From the NCBI GenBank assembly GCA_976226885.1, contig OZ320323.1, forward strand, positions 19,282,001 through 19,346,000: a stretch of 64,000 bases of DNA, read 5' to 3'. This stretch comes from Iphione sp. A-MEVVRFRX5. Its lineage: Eukaryota. A program made the position numbers and the translations under genes. The notes under the pieces are model-generated. The model was not told where the DNA came from and searched no databases. It saw only the letters and a list, made by a program, of their open reading frames with translations. Shown piece by piece: positions 38,462-51,355 of the stretch. How positions within the stretch are numbered: position 1 is the first letter of the stretch; each line of letters starts with the position of its first letter.

Positions 38462-41400
38462 TAAATAAAAAAAATATAAACAGTTTGCTCATGCAAAATG
38501 TCAATTGGTGTTTGTAAAGAGGTACCAACTATAGCAAGTTGTTGATGAACACCTTCCAAGGCCTACATCACTCGTGCGGGGTGGATGGTATGGTGAGTGT
38601 ATATGCAATAGCCAACTACATGAAAACCGATCAAGTAGAACCTGGCTATGCTGGTATCACCACTGATCCTGAGGCTACAAGGACACTTCAAATGACCTAC
38701 CACATGGCTATCATACGTTTTAGAGTTGAGGGACAAGTATCGTTTTTCTTTTTAGTATTCGGAGGCCAAGGGTTGGGTTCAATCTTCAAGGGTGGGACCC
38801 TGCTAAAAATTGTTTTGCCATTGCAGAGCAATGGAAGAGAATCTACAACCAGTCTTTGTTGCTTGCGGGGGGGGGGGTCATACCTGTTTTGCTAGCACTG
38901 TTAAGTGGTGTTTTACTTGTGTTGCCCTTAGCAGTGCCATAGTACCTACTATGTCTTTTACTGACATTGTTTTCTCCACAACAGTTTGAATAACCGTCCA
39001 GGACAATGGTCTGGCCCGGAGATACACTCGATTGCCGTCACAGACATAATGAACCATGAGTATGTTCAATTATGCTTAAGTGCCACCACCTGACACCAAC
39101 AGGTAAAAGCTTTCTATGCATAATGCGACTGAGACCACTATTGCGCCACCGTCTATGTGCTAGAGAGTGAAACAACAAGATTGTTTTACGCGCATTATTA
39201 CAGTGCTTGAAGGTGCTGTTATTGGATGATCAGTGACAGGGCATAATCACAAACAATGCCAACCAATTCAACTTGAGATCAAGTGGTCTCTGCTTGCATA
39301 CCACGTTACCTATTGATTGTTGGCAGGTACAAAAGCCGGTATGCGTTGAATACGTGGATGCATATATACAGAATGCAGTTGATCAACTACCATTTTGGAG
39401 TGCCCGTTTTAGTCTGAATGGAATTGTTAACTTGACTCACTATATGATCCTAACACGATAATTGGACAATAATGTTTGAAATGTGATGTTCACTGGTTGC
39501 GAATACATAATTTGTATGATTATTTCCAGGTTAAATAAAGATTTAATAATAACAATACTTGGGTATAGCCATCCCATCACTAAGCCCTGCCTTCACCAAC
39601 GGTGCATCCACCATTAGACATTAGGCTTCAGACACAAATATCGGCTGCCAGATAGCCTTTTGCACAGATTCTCTCAGTTGGTGATGGGCAGGTCCAATCC
39701 CCTCCAGGCTGGTCAATGAACCACCTTCCTCTGCCAATGCAGTCCAGAGTTTGCATCCTTGGTGGTTTTATCACTGTCTATCACTGTCTATTTTGTTACT
39801 TCATCTTCTTGATATGAGAAAAAATATCTTGTATCAAGAAGATGAAGTAACAAAACGTTTTGTCAGTCAGACAAAGAACCTTTTACAACAGCTACAAAAA
39901 AGTTCCTATAACTCATGAAATTATCTTGAAGTATCTTAATCAACCTATTACTTACTGAGAAACCATCTTGTTTTGTCATTCAAAAATTAAAAATCGGAAA
40001 CATTTTTATACCAAGACAGTGATTCTTTGGCTGTGTAGCTATAATAAAAGTTATTATGTGAAGTCATTAGCTATAACAAAGCAATATATATCATACTAGA
40101 TTCAAGGAATTAGGTAGAAATACAGTTTGATACACAAATGTGAAACCACTTGGACTGTTCTTGGCGGCTTGTGCCATATCCCATAAACTCAAATTAGTTC
40201 CATAGGATAAATTGCGAATGGCATACAATACGAGACAAGCATCGCGTTGTTTTTTACCCACCCAACCCTTTCAACAATATGACAGTAACAATGATCTACG
40301 TAAGTGTACTGTTCCGTTTCTTTTTCAGCTGCCAATATCCTTGAATTACTGCACCGCAGATTATGATACGTATCATATTAAACGTATATATATATCAATT
40401 CCTGATTGTCTTTTCCCTTTCAGATTTGAAATATAGCTTTCCGTTTCCCCTCCTTTAAAATTGAATTCTTCATATTGTGGAATAAAACATTTCTATTGCA
40501 AGCATGATTACCTCCATATTTTTCAGTCGGGGTATTGCAATACTCGGGGGATCTTTTATAAAATTATCTGCTCTACTCCAATAGTTTGCTCGGAGGATGT
40601 GCGGGGAACATGATGGGTGCATGTATAGGGTTAGAAGATTCAGTGGCTACTGGACAGTTATTTGTTAAAGATTCAATCAAATTTGAAACTGAGGTATGTA
40701 TGCCGACATCAATACATGATTTATGAGTATATTTCAAGTCGTAATGATTATAAAATTAAACGGGGAATGCTTCTGACGAGGAAATTTTGCACAATGAAAT
40801 GAAATCCTGAACACACGCAAATTTGGTCATAGAAGTACAGATAATACTCGAAAACCGAATGATCGCCGTTTCAGACAAAATCATTTGCATTTCAGATTTT
40901 GAATAGTGGCAAAACTTGGCCAAATTTGTCTGAAAATTGGCAAAACAGACGCCAAATTCGGTCAAAAATTGGCAAAACGCAGCCAAGTTTGTCTATAAAA
41001 TGCCTGAAAACCACTCAAACATCTGGAGTAGGCACAAACTCTTCAATGAGTAGCTTTCCCTTTGATACATAACGAGCTGTTTATAGGAGTTTTCAACACC
41101 TAGAGAAGGTGCCACAGTAGCTATCCCTTTGACTGGGGGAGAGCGGTGATGGGCAGCCAACACCTGGAGGGGGTGCAAGCTCTTGAATGAGTGGATATCC
41201 CTTTGATTTATAACAAACTTGGGGGAGAGCAGGAAACAGTGGCCAACATATGGAGGAGGCACAAATTCTTCTTAACCCTTTGAGCATTTGGGTTTTGGGT
41301 ATTCTTTTAATGTCTTTGTATGGAATAAGAGCATTCGGCTTTGGAAACCAAATATTCAGTATTTGAGTAGCTAAATAGAAAAAAACAATTCGTTGCCGGA

Positions 41401-44400
41401 CAAAATGTTCAGATTTTGGAAAATTCTGTTTTGGAGTGTCCAGTTTTTGAATATCCTCTGTATAGCTGTAGGCGTCCCCTGTATTGAGACCTTTCTCATA
41501 CATAGAAATGAGTGAAAATACATATGTATTTGCTTCCTACTGTACGTATCTCAGTTGAGAGGGTGTCTCAAGTATGAATTGTCCTAACACCTGGTGTTTC
41601 CTATAGTTATCCTTTGGGTTCATCTTGAGGAACTTTTCGTACAAATAAACCGTTTGAAGGACTACATATAATGTGAATAAATGCCTAACGTAATGCCTTA
41701 TTTCCGAAAAATACATAAATCACTCTCCCACCAAAATTCAAGGTGACCTTAATGAATGGGGTTTTAAAGGCTGGCTGTATAGAAAGGACTCACTTGCTAG
41801 CAAATCCCGACTAGGAGGGCAGTTTTGAAATAAGGCCAACTTTGCATGGTCCCTGTGATGTTTGTCTAATATCAATGTATAAACAACTCAAGTGGCAGGG
41901 CAGCGAAATTGTCTGGTCCCGTTGGTGGCTTCAATCCTGGATTGCTACTATATTTATGTGAATGAGGAAGAGTCGTGATCCTGAAACAGCAGAAATGTAC
42001 TGAAAGGGTACGGAGAGATTTTACCCGTAGGAATTGAAATCAGTAGATCGAGGAAGGAGAGAATAAATCACGAAATGGACCCTAATGCAAGGTCTGACCC
42101 TCTAAAAAGCTTTTCTGTGACTAGACTACTAAACAACAGTGTTCCATTTTTTCCGTTGAGGCATGGTGACTGAGGAATTATTCACGTACTATCCAAACTT
42201 AACTTGAAATGACCTCCACGACAATAAATGTCAGTCCAAGGGTAGAAAGTGGGTTTTTTCACCTGCAAATAAAAGCGGAGACCTGAGAGAAAGAGAAAAT
42301 ACAAACTATTGTCTGCCTTTTTGTACCATTACATTGTATTTCTTCATTTAAACCAGGAAGGTGCAGTTTCAATTCCTAATACTTCTGTAACAAATTGGTT
42401 GAAAACAAAATAAAGGGAATGCGTAATACGTTTCTCTTATAAGCATCGACTCTAGCCGTTTTCATCGAGATGTAGGTTTGAAAGAAGAATCTAAATAGAG
42501 TAATCCGTTGTCAAAACCGAATTTAATAAGATCTCTTTTGAACTCGTTTTTTGTTTGTGAATCAGGGAGAATTTTGGATTTATTCCAAATATCAGTTTAA
42601 TTGTTCAACCCGTTGACCCTTGAATGCAAGGCTCATATAATTCATTATAGTATTAGATAATACGTGTTCTTGCTTCTTTGCCTCATTGCCATACATATTT
42701 GTCATTAGTTAGACAGTTCAAATGGAGGTACCCTTCCATTTATAGCTATAAATCCTCTTAGAATATATAACTTCTGTCTTACTGTTAGAAGGTTTCTTAA
42801 TATTTTTTATATCTTTATTTATGCTTGTTTTGTATACATTATTGTATATTGCCCCAGCAACTTCCAGGTTTTTCAAAACAAGAGAAGAAATTATCTAAAT
42901 GAAATGTTATTAGATGACACTTACTATACATATGAGAATATGTTAATGAATAGTGATAACCCTTCAACAGTTTTTTCTCATAACTAGTAATAGCATAGGA
43001 GGAGCTAGCCAATATAGTTTACATTTTTAGAAAAGTTAAAGTTCATGTTTTTCATACCTTCGATCTAAAGTGTACCAAATAAACCAAATATATCCTCTTT
43101 AGTGACCAGCTGCATTCCCACATGGACAAGCATAACCCTTCCCCACATACAACTCCCTTAGGCATACAGTAGTCAGATAAAAGCAGTAACTTGCGCATTG
43201 TGCTAGATAATAATATTAAAAGTAACAATAACAGTAGCAGGCCCCCCCCCCCCCAGCATCCGATTTAAACCAACTACTTTGTTTCTGTTGGATATAGCAG
43301 TAACATGAACAAGAGTCGGGGCTTTGCCACAGACATTGTTCATGCATTTCAGTCATGCCCTGGACACCTGCTCATGTCTCAGTTCCGGCATTGCCACATA
43401 CTGAGTTGATGCATATCACCCTATGGTACCTTCCTGTCCCACAGCCAGTTTCTCCCATACTTCCTAAGGAATCCCTTGACCCTTTATTATTTAGGTTTTC
43501 GATCCATCGTCATTAGTCTCTTTAACAACTTGTTTGCTGATAGTTTAATTTTCATTAGACTAAATTCCACAGAAGGAGGCAAGTTAATGCCCATAAGATC
43601 TGTGATGGATACCACTTTAATTTTGTTCGTTACATTCAATAGTTTGGGCCTGATGCCTTGCGGTTGGTTGGCTGGTCTACGATGAACTCCTTGGTACTGC
43701 ATCGTTTATATTAGTGTCACTCAGCTGAATAGTTGCTTTGATTTGTTTTGCTTGGCTATGTTGCTTCATTTTACAAAGCCATGTATCACTCATTGGATAT
43801 TCATTGCTGTACCTTACTTTTGTCGGTCTTTTGTAATCTCGTCAATCCATGATGTTTTGCTTCCTATCTAAATATACCGAACAGCTGATTTCTTATAATT
43901 GGAGATGTCAGCTGCCGTATTCATCGACTCAGTGGACCAAATCTCCTTGACTGTGCCTGCAAATTGGTCAGCGGTGGAAGAGGGATTAAGTTTGAATAAG
44001 GGCCCAGGCCAGAAGCCCTCATTGCGTACTCCTGCTGAATGCACTGTTTCAACCTTATCTGATACAAAATGCATGATTTCCCTATTGAATTGCAAGAACA
44101 TTTTCACAATTTCTTATTGTCATAGATGTTTCTTTTAGGCAGGTGAGTCTACGATGGTCCACACAAAAGAGCCCGTGCACATCTACTTGGCTAAAAGTAC
44201 CATACTCACACTCCTGCCCGCCCCAAACATAACGTCATGAAAGTGAATTAGCACCCGTTTCAAGGACTACTCTGAATGGTTAATTGACGTTAGACATTTC
44301 CAGTCCTCAGCGGAGTCCTTTGGGTACAGCATATGAAGCAGCACAGTGTGGCAAGGCACCCTTAAGACGAGCTCGTAAATAAATGAACTTCTCTTCATTG

Positions 44401-45374
44401 TATATTCCTGTTCCAGACTTCACCACCGTGTGCTTTTGTATGGCTTGTTCTTCCCCTGTGTGTATATATGTAAACATTGATGTATAAATTTCAACCTTGA
44501 CTGCCCTGTGCTATTAATATTATGCGAACGAGAAGGCCCCGATGCAATGATAATATAAACCATACTGCCTCGGAGACACCCAGTCGTGTTCTGTGACTGC
44601 TTTATGGAAACGTTTCGTCTGCTGAATGCAAAGTAGCTCGTTTTATGAATCATATCAAACGGTCGCAAACCGACTGTCTATATCCGAGTAGTTTTCATGT
44701 TCGGTAACTGTCTAGCCTCATCTCGTAAGACAACACCGAGCAGAATATCTTATCTAACTATACCATATTTTGTTGCCTAAGCTATAACATTCTCGATTTA
44801 TCCGGACCTACTTTGGCTTAAGGAAGTCTTTCAGGATGTTTATTTTTTTCATTTCTCCGGGAACTGGTGAATCCTCTTGGAAAGTAGACAGGTGTCACGC
44901 CTTTAAACATTCTTGTTGGGGAGGATTAAGGTTCAGAGGCTATTGAAGGACACTGTGAATACTTCGTGTAAATGACGATTTGGAACATGGTTGAACATTG
45001 ATGGTATATGGTTCTATTGGAAGATGTTTTCACTGGCAGCTATTGTTATGCCTGTGACAGCGAATAGATTGGTATTACATTCTTTCAAACCCGCGTACTT
45101 CTATTTTCGATCAGATCCATCCGCCCAGTAAGGGTGGGGGTGGGGGGGGGGGGTGAAGGGGGTCACTCTATCTTTCCCTCCGCAGGACCGATGACCCACG
45201 CGCGGCCCCAGCTGACACGTTACAAGGGACCTTTTTCTAAAGAGAAAGAGGGATCAACCGACTACTTCACCGACATCCAATCAGTCTCCCTCGAGCGACT
45301 CACGAGCCCTCTGAGGCTCGTCGAATTCCTCACCTCTTTACCTCCACAATAACAAGGTTGACCGCTAGCGTAAA

Positions 45375-45400
45375 GTGTGTGTGTGTGTGTGTGTGTGTGT
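45375..45400. repeat. (GT)n microsatellite
   Basis: Perfect run. Confidence 0.98.
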
Positions 45401-47781
45401 AGGGGGTGGGAGTAAAGGGGTAGGGGGGCATGTCCGAACGTCTAGACAGCCATCATCGTCAAATAATAGCACCGTAAAGTTCTTCCACCATCCGAACCAG
45501 GCTCTTAGTATCTCCATGAAATCTGTGAATTACAATATCATATTTATATTTTAAGAACAGACTATACATATTTAAAGTTTTGATAAATGGTCAAATAGGT
45601 TGGATTCACGTTAAGGTCCTTCACGCTTTTTATTTTCAGTTTACTTTAATTGTGTTAGCAGAGCAAACTGTCAGTACAGTGCTGAAAAAATGGTACTGGT
45701 AAGGGCAGGCTGTACTACAAGTACTATGCCGTTATTTGAATAGTCATGTATATATGAGTGGAGTAAGCACATGATAATATCTCGATCCAGACGATACACT
45801 AAACTTCGTGGTCTGAAATGTAAAGGACATTTGTGTTTTTGTTGTCTTCGAGTAAAGGTCAAAATTATTACTTGTAAGTAGCCCAACAATATATCCATAT
45901 GCATGTCCATGTGTGTCTGTGTATGTGTCTGTCTGCTTTACAACTGTTAAAATCTGTTTTCTCGGATACACAGACTGCAGGTATATAATGTTTGTATAAT
46001 TGATAAAGGTTTTGGACTACCATATTTTTTAACAAAATGACAATGGAAGCTCAAGGAAATATACTTGAATTTGAATCTATAGCCTTCATCGTCTACCTTT
46101 GAAGCGGCATTTATTGGGATCAATTTTCTTTTTACATACCTTTATTTTACATCGACCCGTCGTCAAGAAAATTTTGAAAATTGATTATGACAACTTTGAA
46201 TGAGAAGCACTGTTGCCTTAACCCTATAGTCGATTTCCCCACTCGTCCTCCTTCCTTGACCCCTAGCATAGCCTATTTTTGGCATCACCCTCATAGATAT
46301 CCCTAGGGTTCTTAAGTACCTCGCTACGGCCCAGACCTACCATACTTGACCTCCACATACAAATTTAACCTTAGAGCTTGTCTGACATCACCATGTGGGT
46401 TTCCATCTTCCTTCGTATATGTAGGCGATGTACCCTGCGCCGAGAAGTGGCTAGACGACATGTGCCGAAATGCCCTCCCGCCGGGATGCGCGACTAAAAC
46501 CGAAGGAATACACCCTACCTACGTGTCTTCCGAATATATTGTTCTTACTTGTACCACCCACGTTAGACCAGCTGACAGATTAGTCGCTCAGGTTCCTGGT
46601 GATACGTTAGTCCAACTGACAACGCCTGCTGCAGCGTAGAAAATACATGTATTTAATTTACCTTCATTACTACACGTGCCGATGAATTTGTGGCAGACGT
46701 TCCCTTCATATTGTGCTGATGGGAAAAATGAAGTCGGAATATTGCTCTGGCATTTGGGACTAAGTATTAAACTGTGGCAAAGAGTAACATGTACGAGAGA
46801 TTAAGTTACAAGAGCGGAGAGCTGGGACATAGGATCTAATAGAAGTATAAGGCATGAACGTTTTCGGACAACTACCTGACGTAAATCATTTCTACGCCCA
46901 CACGTCACCATCCCATACCAGACGGTTGACAATCAATTGATAATCAATTAACAGGGCAGGTTAATGGCAACTAAGGTGATTCTGCGAGTAATAACTGACA
47001 TTGTAGACCGAATGAGAACCGTGGGGAACAATCTATGCAACAAATGATCGTTCTCTTGTGATGCCGTGGAGGAACTCTGAACAGTCCTTTAAAGCTTTGT
47101 TACAGTACAGTAAAATTCATACGTGTCTCATTCCATAGTATGTGCAGTTGTCAAGAACCTGTGTCTAAATTACTGCCAATTGAAAGTCTCGTAGAATGAC
47201 CAACACTTTCCCAGAATCATATGAATTAAAAGACCCCCTGCAATGAAAAAAACTAATTGCAATAGCGGGTTATTGCCTCTTCCTGAAAACTGTAATTGAG
47301 TCGCTAATTAATTCAAGGAAGAATTCCTGTGGACAAAATAACAAGTTCTCCGGATATCAACGCTCACACCATTGTAGGGCTTCATCCCTATGGAATAGAC
47401 TACATGTAGCGACCAAATCTTGTCAAGTGATGCAGCACTTCAAGATTGGAACATTGAAGTTCCTACAATGTTGTAACAGTGTTTGTATAAAGGAAGACCT
47501 CAGTGTAACCGTTGAGATGTGAATAAACTGTTGTCTATTTCTATTTTTTGCTATTTTCTTCCTACGAAATAGACAAGATAGCAAACTTTTTTAAGGGCAG
47601 CTCTCTATTAATGCTAGACATTTGCTGGTACCACCAGTGATCTCATTAGAAGGGTCCTACTCTACATACACAAGAATTTAACATGTAAACTGTGAAACCT
47701 ACGCATTGTTTCCAAGAGCCTCTTGTTTCGACTGTAGTTCTGACACTTCAGCATGCTTGCGACCTGTGCATCCTGGAATTA

Positions 47782-48413
47782 GTCCCGGTTTCCATACATG
47801 CAGTGCCGTCCGTTGGTATGCGTGTGTGTTTCAGTGCGGGAAACGGATCAGCGGGGTGCTAGACCCGGTTTCCACACTCTCCCGCACAGGGGTGTTCCAT
47901 ACCTGTGGGAGAATGTCTGCAGGAAAGTGCGGTAAACGATGGGAAAATATACGAATAACGGCAAAAAAAATGCTGAAAACTGGCATATTCCATGCAAATT
48001 GTCCCCAAAAAAACTTATTTCATGCAAATTCGGCCAGAAAACGGCAAATTACGTGCAAAATCGGCCGAAAAACGGCTTATTTCATGCAAATTCGGCCGTA
48101 AAACAGCAAAAATGTGTGGAAAAATCCGGGAAAAAAAAATGCATTGTGCGGAAATGTGTGGTATCCACATCCAAAAGTGACTAAAAATGACTAAAAATGA
48201 CTAATAGCAGTGTGTTGGTGTGCGTTGCCGTCCGTGTGCAGGAAATTTACGGGAAGGGTTCGAAAACGGGCGCTGCACCTCAACGCACTGCAACACACCC
48301 GGACGGCACTGCAGGTAAGGAAACCCTCTCACTGATAGCTTATATGCCAATAATTTTGTAATTCACCACACCCCAACGCACCTGGACGGCACCGCAGGTA
48401 AGGAAACCGGGCC
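47782..48413. mobile_element. PIF/Harbinger-type MITE with TTA target duplication
   Basis: tta|GTCCCGGTTTCCATACATGCAGTGCCGTCC ... GGACGGCACCGCAGGTAAGGAAACCGGGCC|tta, an imperfect TIR of about 30 bp. Internal ~31-bp tandem units (ttcatgcaaattcggcc...). Related single ends at 23588 (taa|ggcctggtttcc) and 53662 (tta|ggcccggtttcc). Confidence 0.82.
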
Positions 48414-48560
48414 TTAGTGTTTGGTGAAACTCCTAACAGACTGTGCAGGCAAAGGTCTTTGATTGGTTAAATGCTGAAATACCCGGAGGGATCCTATCAG
48501 ACTACGATCGAAGTTGAGACTGAAGACGCTGAAAGAATTTCAACTGGCTTAAAGGAGTCA

Positions 48561-48587
48561 CCTCCTCCTCCTCCTCCTCCTCCTCCT
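48561..48587. repeat. (CCT)9 microsatellite
   Basis: Perfect run. Confidence 0.95.
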
Positions 48588-50349
48588 TCCTCTCTCAGTG
48601 GAACTGGGACTTCTCAAACCCGAGGCATCCCTAGCGAGGAATTTCTTATTGACGATTCCTTTGAAGGTATAGAGGGACACACGGGTGTCCGGTCCGTTAT
48701 ACACGTACAAGTTTGCTCCAGTAATGTCCACGGCGGTGTTGTACACAGAAGAAGCAGTCACTAGGGGGATACAGGTTGAGCTTTCCCATCCCTATAGCCT
48801 TTACCACGGCATGCATGTAATGATTGGACCAGAGAAGAAAACGTGATCTTCTCGTAAAATTTAAAATTTGTGTTCTGTCGCGAGTAAGACATCGGTTGAC
48901 ATCTTCCATATCTATCGTGTCTTACACTTACCAGAGGTGCAGACAGAAGAGCCTTAACTGATATCCATGTCCACTGCGGTCTGGCGTCGGTATTGGCGTA
49001 GAGAATAAGGCCTTGATTGATATCATTGACTTAATGCATTGCTTGATTGCCTCACTGCAAAGTATGGATGGTAAGCCGTTTGCTGATATTATCTCTATTT
49101 TCACTGTGGGCGAAGCTCATCATAGGTGCAAGCTTTGAAGGGCCTTTACTGATATCCTCTCCATTACTGATTGCGTGGCGCTTTCACTTAGGGGGATGAA
49201 GACCTTAACCGGTAGTACTTTCCATATCCATATCTTCCATGTCGGGTACCATAAGTAGACTGCGGAGTGGTTCCTTGTCCGTACCGAAGTATACCAAATA
49301 TCCCATCATATACGAGGAGGTGGAGGCTTCTGACATGGAAATATACTTAGGCCACTACTACGGATTCATCTCTGCCACCAACGGTACGGAAACCATAACA
49401 TACATCATCGACCTCAACGCCCTCTGGCAGAGACCCGACGTCGATGGGCGATAATATGCGGCAATAGCCAATGCTAAACCATAGGCTATCCAGGCTAGGA
49501 CCTTTCACTCTCTCTGCTTTGTCACTCCCGACGTGGCGGGTGGTCAGAGAGGAAGCACAGAGTACTAATCATGTCGAGCTGTCTCATTCACTCTAGAAAC
49601 TTCACGTACATTCACACTTCTAACATCACGCGTATACTTTTAGCTTGGAGGTTGCGGGTGCATGTATTGGGAGGACGGAGGGTCGGGGGGCTGATGATTT
49701 GTAAAACCTTGCCCTTCGTTGTGTCTAATCATGTTCCACCACCCGCTGACTCGGTGGCCGCCCTCTGTCGTTTCGGCCGTTTCATCTTTACAGCGACATC
49801 ACCAGGTAAGAGACGTGATGATCAACGCAAGGACCTTTCCCCGTGCTCCAGAAATAGAACCCCTTGACTCGTCAGTTCGTTAGCCAGGGCCTGTCTGTCT
49901 TTCCCTCCCGCTGTGTACATCCTCACCTCCTCGTGTGATGCTCCGACCGGTCAACCATACCGGATCCTTTCATCACGAAGATGTTCCTGTACCCCGGTCG
50001 GTCTGTCTGTCTAGACAAGAACTTCGATTACTGGTACCACTTGAAACAGACCTCTGCTTGCAGTCCCTCTCATGTTACTCATGCGTACTTTCTTATCAAC
50101 CCGGCATTTGTGTTAAATATACAACCACATATTCATAGTAATGTTTTGCTACGATCTTCTCATCCCAAAGAAGGGCTGGCTTGAAGAATACACCCTGCAG
50201 AACCGCATGGACGGAAAATACATAGGAAATAGACTCATGTTGTAATAACACAATCGCAATAAGTATAAACAAATGTTTCACATGGATAGAATATTCTATG
50301 CTTAGAATACATCTCTAGGGAGATTAACAAAATATTCACCTTACCAGTT

Positions 50350-51170
50350 CTCACCTACATTTCATCCCCCACTTGTTAAGTTTCTGCGGCATATATTCTT
50401 TAAATCCTATATTTCCTTTCGATAGGATTATACATTCATCCAGAACTATATCCGTGTCAGGATGATGTAATTGTGTGGTTATTTTGTTACACTTTTATAA
50501 AATCCAGGAGACTTATGGAGGTGGGTGTTTCAATTGCCTTGGTTCATCTCCAGTAGCATTCAGCTCAGCTACATGGAAAGCATGGTAGATATTTTACGAA
50601 ATGATGCGATCAAATCATACCAGAAATATTTCAATAAAATTATAGTTACCTCATGTACGATATACATTTTGAGTGAAACGATTTCGTTTTTATGATATTT
50701 CCAAAGGAAGGGGTGCAGATTGCTTGAATAATTGACCAATGCAATATGATCGTCGTAGACTCCTGAATATTTCCTGTGAGAAATACCAAACCTATGATTT
50801 TCTTTACATTGATGAAGTTGCATTGACATCCATTTCAACTTGTGCTGATTTGGAAGCTTATTTCTCATTGCCATTGGACAGTATTTTGTGAATTCCATAA
50901 TGACAGCCGGTATACGCAGGGTCAGATACAGACATCAATACCAGTAGCTTCTTTAAATGCAGGAATGCGATATTCGTCTCTAGATTTAGCTCCATCCATT
51001 TCTTGCCTCCTTTCGTTCAATAGCTCCAGAGGCACATCATCCAGTTTCCCAGAACTGAATTCAGATCCATTGGAATTATCAAATAAAAATCACTACATCA
51101 AAGTAATCAGAATCTCCCAAATTCCCAGCATCATTTATGTCTAATACCCTGAACATTTTCCAGACCGGCA
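50350..51170 (-). mobile_element. Decayed piggyBac (PGBD-like) transposase, N-terminal half
   Basis: Ordered motifs across frameshifts: acidic N-terminus DSDYFD..DNSNGSEFS, YRIPAFKEATG, MEFTKY..KLKW, VKKIIGLVFLTG..HWS..ICTPSFG, and HHPDTDIVLDECIILSKGNIGFKEYMPQKLNKWGMK (DE at 50440-50435). The last matches the piggyBac Y.P...IDE.MI.FKG...KQY.P.KP.KWG.K block. Confidence 0.88.
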
Positions 51171-51330
51171 AAAATGAAGATATTGAATGGGTGACTGTAG
51201 TTCGACATATCATGTATATCTGCATAGTAGTATGTACTTGAGTAGTCTTTAAATAAACATCACTGACGACATATTTCCATACCATGCCCATGTCAACTAC
51301 GATCACCGTTTTAGGTGGATATAATGCATG

Positions 51331-51355
51331 TATATATATATATATATATATATAT
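51331..51355. repeat. (TA)n microsatellite
   Basis: Perfect run. Confidence 0.97.

Noticed and set aside
43640-43780. Second LINE RT fragment (KQIKATIQLSDTNINDAVP...)
   Set aside because: Resembles the approach to PQG but is too degraded, and no YADD-like motif follows.
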